Shown here in pieces: positions 33,592 to 43,400 of a DNA stretch of 49,992 bases; position 1 is the stretch's first letter, and each line of letters opens with the position of its first letter. Source of the DNA: Candidatus Omnitrophota bacterium. Its GTDB lineage: Bacteria; Omnitrophota; Gorgyraeia; JABMRN01; RBG-13-46-9. The stretch lies in assembly GCA_049642705.1 (NCBI GenBank), contig JBARPB010000068.1, forward strand, positions 1 to 49,992. The letters run 5' to 3'. The notes below the pieces were generated by a model. That model had not been told where the DNA came from. It saw only the letters and a list, made by a program, of their open reading frames with translations, and ran no database searches. The translations under genes and the position numbers were made by a program.

Positions 33592-33960
33592 TTATCTATC
33601 TTTTTTAAGCAGGTATTCGACTGTTTTGGCGAGCTTTTTTCTTTGTGTCTCAACGATGCTAATGAACTCAATGCCTATATTGAACCGGCGGAAACCCCAG
33701 GCAGAGCATATAGTAACGATTCTTACAACCCGGCCTTTTATGCCAATAGGTTCGCCTTCAGTGGGAAGAAAAAGTGAAAGATCCAGCATCTCCCCCAGGT
33801 TGGGGAGGTTGCTCGTCCTGATGAGCGCTCCGTGCCGGCTTATGTTGATGACAGGGACGGGTGTCCTTATATTCTTATCGAATATCCTGATTCTTATGCC
33901 GTCGTCAACGCGCGGGGACCTTCGTTTTTCCGTGCCTGTGTATTCCTGCATGGCTATCAC
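33592..33960 (-). CDS. PilZ-domain protein (candidate c-di-GMP receptor)
   Basis: RRSPR (the RxxxR motif) and NISRHG (the [DN]xSxxG motif) sit at canonical spacing. It is a paralogue of 34174-34476. The likelier start is Met4 (ATG at 33951), which has AGGTGA 6 nt upstream and aligns with the paralogue N-terminus MAQYTGTEKRRSPRV. Confidence 0.8.
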   Translation of the reverse strand: MIAMQEYTGTEKRRSPRVDDGIRIRIFDKNIRTPVPVINISRHGALIRTSNLPNLGEMLDLSLFLPTEGEPIGIKGRVVRIVTICSAWGFRRFNIGIEFISIVETQRKKLAKTVEYLLKKDR

Positions 33961-34011
33961 CTACTATAAAGTATACCATATTCCGCACATCCTATGGTAA
34001 CAATAATGTAA

Positions 34012-34140
34012 TTAATCCTCTTCGTCTTCATTTTCGTTTTCATCGGACATGATTCTGCATTCGCTTCCGCATTTGCATTTTGGCGTCTCGCAGGCGCTAT
34101 ATCCTATGAAACCGCAGTCTTCGCACCTAACCTTATACAC
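34012..34140 (-). CDS. 42-aa zinc-ribbon-like small protein with acidic tail (below the ORF-track size cutoff)
   Basis: Minus strand: AAAGGAGG (34156-34149), 8 nt, then a GTG start at 34140. Translation gives VYKVRCEDCGFIGYSACETPKCKCGSECRIMSDENENEDEED, ending in TAA at 34014-34012. Six Cys residues include a CxxC and a CxC pair. It sits between the two PilZ genes. Confidence 0.55.
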   Translation of the reverse strand: MYKVRCEDCGFIGYSACETPKCKCGSECRIMSDENENEDEED

Positions 34141-34173
34141 GGTTATCGCCTCCTTTGGTTTTTCTTTCTGGGG

Positions 34174-34476
34174 CTAAACTACGTTCAGAAATTCAATGCC
34201 AACGTTAAACTTGCAGAAACCCCAGGCGGAGCATGTTGTAACTGTTCTGATAACGCGCCCTTTTATGTCAATTGGTCTTGTCTCGCTTGGAAGATATACT
34301 GAAATATTTACTACTTCCTCGGGTTTAATAAAAGAGCGGCTTCTCAAAAGCGCCCCGTGGCGGCTTATGTTAAGGACAGAACCGATCTTTCGGATATGTT
34401 TTCCGGTTATTCTGGCCTTTGTGCCGTTGGGCACGCGTGGTGACCTCCGCTTTTCTGTGCCAGTGTACTGTGCCAT
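34174..34476 (-). CDS. PilZ-domain protein (candidate c-di-GMP receptor)
   Basis: RRSPR and NISRHG motifs. AAAAGGAGG lies 6 nt upstream of the ATG. The start is 16 nt downstream of the giant-gene stop codon (34495-34493). Confidence 0.8.
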   Translation of the reverse strand: MAQYTGTEKRRSPRVPNGTKARITGKHIRKIGSVLNISRHGALLRSRSFIKPEEVVNISVYLPSETRPIDIKGRVIRTVTTCSAWGFCKFNVGIEFLNVV

Positions 34477-34492
34477 GATTATCCTCCTTTTG

Positions 34493-37400
34493 TTATACGG
34501 CTGTTATCGTTTGCCTTATGGCTTTGAAGATTTCGGATAAGCCTTCGCTTATCTTTGTAATAACGCTGAAATATCCGCCTATTTTTTCTAGCAAGCTCTT
34601 TATGCTTCCAAATGCCGTCTTATCATAACCTATTCCGACAAAGCAAGGTTTCTCCCTTACAACGGTAAGCAGGAGATTGGCCATGTTAATTTGGGCATTT
34701 TCTTCTGCGCCTTCTTTCAACGCTACATAGCTTGCCATGCGTAATGGCGTATTCTCTTTAGCTCTTAGGTCTTCCAATATGACATCGTTGAGCGTGCTTT
34801 CTTCGCCTTTTAATGCTATTGCGATTTTCGCAATGTCTACATGGTCGCCGAGTTCTCTTTTTACAGCGTGTGCAATTCTGTCAGAGAGCGTGCCTTCTTC
34901 GGCTTCCGGAATGTATATTGCACCCGGAATTCGTTCTCCTATAACGGCAACCCTTATAAGTCCGCCTTCGGCTTTTGCCAGCCTTTCGGCGAGTTCTATT
35001 ACTGAGTCATCAACCGCGCTTTTATCGAATACAAGCACCTGCGCGCCCTGCAAAATGCCTGCCTGGTTTTCAAGGAAGACAAGCATGCTTTCCATCGAGA
35101 GTGCGCCTGTTTCCTCTATTTCCCGGGCAATACCCTTGAGATCTTCCATATCTTGGCCTGTTTTCAACCGCGGGCCTATGGCACCGATAGGAAGTGGTAT
35201 AGGCATTGAAAGAAGTTCGGCTTCCCGGCCCTTTTTTTCGAGCATCCTTCTTATTTGGTCGGTTGTCGGGGCCGCTTCTTCTTGTGCAATGCTGCGCTCG
35301 ATAGTAAGTTCGATGCCTTGTTTAATTCCTCTAAACGCAAAAGCTATGCTTAACATCGGTGATGCGATCCTTTCAACCCGGCCATCTCTCATTCTCTCTA
35401 TATTCATGGCCCTGACAAAGCTCACTATTCTTTCAATCTCTTCTGTAAATTGAGGAATGCTTGTGTCTATTACTTTAGCTTTAGTAGCACCTCTTTCGAA
35501 TATTATTTCCGGGAGTAACTTACCATAAATAACCTCTCTTACTCTCATTGCAAGCTTATCTTTATCGTTGACAGCTGATATTATCGGTTCTGAATGGCCA
35601 TGCGCTACTACCTCGACTTCTCCGCTGCGATAGCCGGTTATTGCTTCGCGGCTAAATATCTCGGAAGAGGTCATGGCTATGAGTTTACCTTCCTCGTTGA
35701 AGATGATACCCGCTTTATCGGAGAATATAGGCGGTTCCACAGTTCCGTCGCTTCGTTTTCTTACCTCGTATGATACTTCATAAGGAATGACTCCATCCGG
35801 GAATTCGGCCATAAGGGATTCAAAAGCCTCCTCTGTAAGATGCTGCTTTATAAGGTCTATTAGTTTCGTGCCGTCTTTTTCGGCTTTAAGGGTTATTTCT
35901 TTAGCTTCGAATTTAAGTGTGATAATCTGGCCTTTCCTTAATATACCTCTATGGCTTTCGTATACGCGCTCGGCTATCGGACGGGCTACCTGCTCGATAA
36001 CCGCATTTTCTACCCCCTGGGCTTCTAATGCTTTCCTTGCTTGTTCTTCTGCAGTTATGACTGCCTCTGCAACAGGTGTCGGTTGCACTTTTATACTTAC
36101 GCGTACTTCGTTAAATAGCTCGCTGACAACCCTTCTTGCCTGCTCGGTAGTCGGAGCATCCCGCCTTATAGCAGGATATGAGTGAACCGCTTTCTGCAAG
36201 GCAATATCAGAAACAAGCCTTTGGAATTTCTTAGGCCTCATCTCATATCCTAGCTCTTTACGTATACCTTCTAATGTTACTATCTGCAATATATGAGCCA
36301 GTTCATGCCCTTCGGCTTTTTGCATAAAGCGCGTCGTGCTCCATATAATCGGCGCGACAATGCCGTATCCGATGAGAGTTACCAAAATCCCTGGAACGAA
36401 ACCATGTATAGAGCTATAAGCCAGGCCAAACATCGCCCATGTTGCCATATGCGTTGGGTATAGTTTGCCTCTATTAGGCGAATACACGATCTCCGTAATC
36501 TTTTCATCCTTATCAAACTTCACCAATGTTGCAGGACCTATCTGCTGAGTAATGAAAGATAACAGATGCCCAACCAGTTCTGTGGCTGCAAAAACGGTCT
36601 TCTTCCTATCGAATTTTATTAACGAAGCAAAGAATGTTCTGGTAGCATCATAAATACCTCTTATCTTCTCTCTGTTAAATTCGGCGAGAGTAAGTTGTCT
36701 ATCCGAAATTTTAATGCCTTGTGCATCTGCCTGTGTTCTTACAAAAGTCTCAAATTCACCTATAGAGCCAAGGTGGCTTGTCACCTTGCTAGTCAGACCC
36801 TTCTCTATTTCCTCCAACTTCTGATGCAACGTAGCTGGTTCAGCTTTAGTTTGCGCAAGCAAACGTTCAAACTTGGCTAATTTATCCGAGTTCGACGCTA
36901 ATGCTTCTCTAATTATATCTGTTTGCATAAATAAGCCGGTCGTTACAAGGTATCCGACTAATTGCTCCGCTGTCATTGTTTCGGCACGCCTTGCTAAGTC
37001 GCGGGCGTCTAACCCACCACCCATTGGCGGGAGTGTTGTGGGCTCTGTTCTTCCAGTCCTTAAGACAATGTATTTTAATAGTGTTTCTATATCTTCATTT
37101 TTAATCACACCTGTTATTTTATATGTATTTAGGTTCACTAAAATATTCTCTAATCCATCGTTATGTATCATATGGTAATAATTCTTGAATATAGAAGCCG
37201 CATCTCTCGCTTCCAGTTTTCCGTTTAGTACCAGCTTTGGTAATGCGCTTATGATATTTGTCCTGTCGTTTATATTAAGGTATGGTAATATAGTTTGTAT
37301 AATATTGTCCCATGTAAATACTGTAATCGTGGGCCTGCCGGCTACTTGTATGCGGGATTCAAGGGCTGCTGAAATAAGGGATCTGGCTTCGGAAATAGTC

Positions 37401-40400
37401 AGTGCTTGTTTGCCAGTCTTCTGCATCATAGAAATAATATCGCCAGCCAGACTGCCAGGTATGGCACTATTCATTCTATAATAATTCCTTAATGTACCAG
37501 TACTATCTCTTTGCTTTTCCTTTGTCAGTAAGCCTATGCCTGCCAGCGATTCAAGGTCTCTGTCAAGTTCGGCTAATTTATCCGGGTTCGACGCTAATGC
37601 TTCTCTGATTATACCTGCCTGCGTAAATAAGCCGGTCGTTACGAGGTAACCGACTAATTGCTCTGCAGTCATTGTTTCGGCACGCTCTGCCAAGTCACGC
37701 GCGTCCAGCCCTCCGCCCATCGGCGGAAGTTCGGTGGATTTTTGCGCTTTAAGGCTAAACATGGCATATAAAATATCTGCGACGCGCGGGAATTTGGCTC
37801 TAAAACCTTCCCTATCGGCAGCACTCAATGCAATCACCTGAGCAATTGCTTCATGTAGTATGTCATCGCCGCGCCGTTCTCCTGGTAGTCTTAGTTTTTC
37901 CATGCGGAATTTTGCCGCCTGGACTTCATTTGGGTCATCCAATCCAAAACCTGCTGCCACAATTTCTTGAATTGCTCGATCCGTCGCACCTTGTCTAATC
38001 AACGAAGTTATATTATATTCTTCATCAATGACATGCCCAACTTCATGAGCAATTATAATCTGTTTATCATTGCCAAACCGTGGTGTTTCACGTAACGATA
38101 TAAGCCTGCGCTTTATATCAACTCTTGCGTCAACAGGAAGCCCGCCGACTTTTAATACTTCTTCATTGATTTTGTCCCATTCTTCATTGCTTACAACTTG
38201 TATCTTCACGCCAAACTCAGCAGCTAACTCTTCACCGAATTTCACAGTTCTGCTAACCTCCGATGGCTGTTCCTCGACGACGGCCGGCTTCGCGGCTTCT
38301 CCGGCGGCTTTTTCGGCTCGTTCTCTCGCAGAGCCTTTGTGCGCCAAAAGTGCTTTTATTTCCGGCGAGAGCGAGAGCTTGGTTCCATCTGGCCTGATTC
38401 CACTTGTAATATCTGCTAACTTGTAATAATTCCTATCGTGCCTTTCTTTTGTCAATATGCCTTCATTTACTAAACGATTGAGGTCTCGCAAAACAGTGCT
38501 GTACGCGGGCGCGTTGCCTTCGGCGGCCTGCGCTTTAAATACCTCGCCCAGTATCTTCTGCGCTGTGTATTCTTCCGTTTCTCCTACGAAGAACGTCACT
38601 ATCATCTCTTCCCTTGTGGCTCTATTTAAGGTCGTGGGTTTTTTGGCAACTTTTTCGGGTTCGGCGGTCGCTGTCTCGACTCTATTTGCTTCTTCAGCAT
38701 CTCCTTGCGCGTATTCTTTTATCCTTTCCCTCGCTTCCTTCGCTGCAATTCTTACTTCTTCCTCTCCTCGTATTCTACGATTTTGTTTTAACAACCTTAT
38801 AACTTCATCAAGTGTTGTGGCTGTTTCTATCTTATATGCCAATGCCTTAATGTAATATTCTCTAACTTTGCCTATCGCCTCTTTTACCTCTCGCCTATCC
38901 CTGACGCTCTTGAACCCTTCCTGCGTTAAATAATTATATGCCGCATCCAAGGTCGGCGCGTTATAGATTAGGGGTATCAATCTGTTTACATCCGCATCGC
39001 CTCTTAACGCGGCTCGTTCCTCTGCCGCATTTTGCTTCTGCCATAAATTAATTGAATCAATCTTGTCCTTCATGTATCTTACAAAATCTTCATTTTCACT
39101 GATTTTCGGATTAAGCTTAAGAAGCATTTCATACTTACTCCGTGCTTCTTCAAAATCTCTCTTTGCATCCTCTAATTTTCCGCTTTTAAGCGCTTCGTTC
39201 GCTCTGTCAAAAGCCGTAATAACCTCTTTTTCTAATTGTTCTAGTTTAGGCGCTATAGGTTCCATTTCAAGCTGTTTGTATATCTCATCCAGCTCTGCAA
39301 GCGTTTCTTTTCTTTGTCGTTCGAAATCTTTTGATTTGATTCTCCCCAGTTTAGCCTGGATCTTTTTTCTTGTTTCTTTATTTAAATTCGGCCCACCCAG
39401 GGCTTTTTCATAAGCACTTGCCATGTTTGCCGCCGTTTCTGCTTGATTTAGTCTTCTTAAAACACTGTCTAATGCCGTTGATATCTTTATTACGCGTCTT
39501 GCTTCTTTCGGTTTTATATCGCCGGAGGCAAGCTGCCTTTTGACTCGCTCAAGGTCAGCCAGAGCAAGCTTTACAGCTTTTCTTTGGTCAATATCACCTA
39601 TTCCTTTGTTGAGATCTTCTATTAGATTATCTAGGGCATTGTCTACTTTTCTTGCCACTGAAAGTGCATTTATTACTTTCGTTTTCAGCGTAGATAAAGT
39701 GGAAGGTTTTCTCGCTTTGCCCTTAATTAGCATTACGAGAGACATCATAATTCCGGCACTTACTATGTTTCCCGTCGCCATTGCGGAAGTGCCGGTTAGT
39801 CCAAAAATACCTGTGGCCAGCAATCCGCCAAAGGTTACAAATCCTGCGCCTGCAAGCCACCCCACCACAGGTATCGCAAGTAATGATAACAACGCGCCGG
39901 CTGCAACAGCCTTCTTTACGCTCTCGCCCACTGACGGGGAAATAACCCTTTCTTCCACAAATGTCTTTCCGAGGTCTTCCAATACAAATGTATTCTCGTT
40001 TCTATATCCTATTACAATATAGTGGCCGCTAATAGGCATTACAAAAATATCCTTGCTATTTATGATATTTTCCAATTCCTGCCTGTTTTCCGCGAAGTAA
40101 CTTTCTAATGCTTCTGCGGTATCTATGGGGAGCTTGTATTCGTCTTGTATGCCTGCTAATTTCAGCGTTGCCGTATTCGCGGCTCTATCGCGGTTTGTTA
40201 TTCGTATCGGAGCGGTTTCTTTCCGTCTTTGTTCGGCTTTTGCTTCATTTACAGCCTGAGATACATCTACTTTCCTGACTTCTCTTTGGGCCACCGCAGA
40301 ATCCGCTCTTTCTACTGCCTGCGCCTGGGCTGTACGCACCAATGTCTGCACCATGCGCGGCCCGAACAACCTGCTGTAGGCCCGATCCAGCATTCCGGGT

Positions 40401-43400
40401 TTGTGCTCTTTGACGGGTTTTATTTCAAGCTCTGCCAGATGCGAAGTAATCGACTTTTCTGCCTGCGATATAGATTCCCTTACGCTCTCTTCGCTTAATG
40501 ATTCCGCCTTAGACTCCCTTGCTATCGCCAGTTTATTCGCTACCTTATCCGTAAAGTTTTCCATTACATCCTTGAAGGATGCAATCATCTTTCCGGCGTA
40601 TTTTCTAAATCTAACTTCTCTGCGTAGCTTTCTTGAGTTTGCCAGGAACTCAACCCACATATCATCGATAGACTGGGTTACGATATTCATGAGATCGGCC
40701 TGCGAAACGTTCTTAATCACGGATTGCAGGATAACCTGCGCTAATCCGTTATTATCAAGGCTCCTTATAGAATCTTCTGTAATGCCTTCGAGCGAAATGC
40801 TGAATCTTGACTTAATTGCCCCTAACATGTCCTTAAAGTTAAATTCTGCTTTTTGATCTCTGTATTTCTCTACGAGTTTCAATGTGGCTGTTTCTAAGAT
40901 GCTATCGATTGTAATCTCACGGGATTTTCCGCCAAGTATCGCGTTTCTCAATTCGTGGTATGACTTCTGCATCCTGTATTCAAATGTGTTAAACCTGGCG
41001 GCGGAAGCCCTCATCCTGAGTTCGGCTTTATCTATATTATCCTGGGCTTTCCTGGTTGACTTTCTTATGTATCTCGTTGCCTTTCTTATGTAATTTCTTT
41101 GGGAATCCGTTAACTCACGTCCTTCTTCAAGGGCCTGCTTTATTTCTTTAAGGGCCGGTTTTATTTTTAATATCCTCTCATACCTGCTTTTAATGAGTAT
41201 GTTTATGAGTATGTTTCCACCGCGATATATACCGTTTTTGTAAGCTAAACCTCTCTCGAGCATGGCAAGATCCGCTCCTTCGAGCGACATAACTGACCAC
41301 GCTTCGCCAGGGTTATCCTGACGCGCCACCCTGCCGTCTGCCTGCCTGTCAATTCTTCGTGATTTATTAACTTCTCTTATTAGCTGCAATCCGAATACAT
41401 AGGTAGTAAATACCATATTCATAAGTTCGGGTGCTTCTATTCCTTGTCTCTTAAAGAAATCTCTTACCTCTTTCGCCTTTTCTTTCATCGCTTTGGGATT
41501 TCTGTTTTCATTAAGCCTGTCAATTAATTTGCCCAGTTCCTGCTTTTGCGCCGGGGTTAGCACACGGGATGCCTCTTCCAGTATCTGACTCCTGCCGGGC
41601 AGTTTAATATCGGTGGCGCGGCCTGCTATATTAGTCGCGATGGTCACCATGCCGGGTGTACCGGCTGTTTCAACTATCGCTTCTTCGTTCCATTCTAACG
41701 ATGCGTCAAGAAGCTGCATGTGCTCGGCATCCACTATGCCTTCGCTTATTAATATCCTGTGGAACGCTTTCGCGTCATCCATATTTCTGAACGTAACAAG
41801 TATGGGTGCACCCGGTCTCGTATTCCTTATTTCATATATCTTATTCTTTATATATTCAACCTTTTCTCTGCCCGTCAGAACGATTTCGGTAAGATTGTCT
41901 TTTCTCAAGCTTTCAGAGTGAGGAGGCATCCTGACCACTTCTCTATTAAAGAGTTTCCTTAGTTCTTTCTCCGCTTCCATGACGGTTCCGCTGCAGCCGC
42001 TGAAGTGTTTGTATTCGTTTACTAAGAGGTCTCTTATGCTCATCTTGGCTATGGTCTTGTATTCTCCGTGTATATCGAGTCCTTCTTTTGCCTCTACTGC
42101 CTGCGCAAGGCCGTCTTCCCAGCGTTGTCCCTCTAAATCGCGGCCAGTTGCCTCGCTTACGATTATAAGTTTGCGCTTTCCGTCTTTTTCCGTTTCGATT
42201 CTGTACTGTATATCTTCGTGGTAAAGAAGGTGTGCTTCAAGGGCTCTTTGTATATGATGTTCTTCCAGATTTGTCATATTTTTCATTACGCCCTCATGCC
42301 TAATCGCCTGTATCAATCTACCGACAGCCTTTTTACCTTCTTCCTTAAGCGTAAGAGTTCTTGTGGTCCTGTTTAAACTATAATATTCGTTAGTTTCTAA
42401 TTTTTGCGTTATGCCGCCTACATCTTTTAATGTAACTTTTACCTCCCCGCCTTCAGGACGGATTCGCCTTGCTATCTTATCGGCAATTATATATACGGCG
42501 GCCTCGCCGGCGCTGAGTGGTTCGCCTGCGCCTTCTGAAAGAATACATTCGGATAGCGCCTGGTCCAACGTTATGTTATCTATTTCGTCTACGTTAGCGT
42601 AATTGAGTTCTCTCGTAATATATTTTTCTTCTTCCCGATGTGTTCTTAAGTCGTGTAGTTTATCAAACCTAACTGTTGTGTTCGCGACATAAACTACATC
42701 CGCACTATATGCCTTCCTCTTAGCTTCCAGTATTTTCTCTCCCCTGTTTTCCGCGTCTTCGGATATACCCATATCTCTTGTTACAAAGCTTGGCTCTATG
42801 CCTAACATATCAAAGATTGGTTTTGTCTCATTGAAATCCCGCTCGGCAAGGAAGTCCGCCGTAACAAGCTGGTGCGCACTTTTACCGGTTAAGGCATGCA
42901 GATAGAGCGCGAGCACGCTCGTTAAGGTCTTACCTTCGCCTGTTCCCATCTGAATGATTATCTCCTCAGCAAGTAGTTTTCCCGCGTATGACTGTTCTTT
43001 GTGCGGCGCGAATCCATACCCGTCTGCTAATAGGGTTGCCAGTATGAAGGCGCTTGTTGCGTCTAATACCACCGCTTTCCTCTGCATGCGGCCTCTAAGG
43101 TTACTGGTTATCTGTTCAGGTATCTTACTCAGGGCCTCTCTTATAGCTTTGCCTCTTTCGGACTTAAGGCTTATGCCCTGGTTATTTAGCGCTTTTTCAA
43201 AGGTTACTTTTTCTTTTTGTCCTTCTTTGGAAAGAACTCTTTCGATAGCACTTATCGCAACGCCGGCATCTTCCGGAAGTAGGTTTTGCCTTATATGAGT
43301 AAAGAGGTTGCTGTTGGCAGCGGCGTGGTTTTTCTTGAGGGCTTTCCTCACCGCTTGCTCTCTGCCAAACCATCTTACTTTTATCCTGTTTATCTGTCCT

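Noticed and set aside
35591-35605. AHGHS...S...D (VAHGHSEPIISAVNDKD) as a JAMM/MPN+ metalloprotease motif
   Set aside because: The spacing is H-x-H-x5-S-x3-D, which does not match the canonical H-x-H-x7-S-x2-D. I could not align an upstream catalytic Glu with confidence. The evidence is too weak to report as a feature.
40520-43010. Calling this segment the housekeeping secA gene
   Set aside because: There is no start or stop around it. It sits in frame at residues ~2274-3100 of a >5,100-aa ORF and lacks the SecA C-terminal zinc-finger tail. It is a fused SecA-like domain, not a stand-alone secA.
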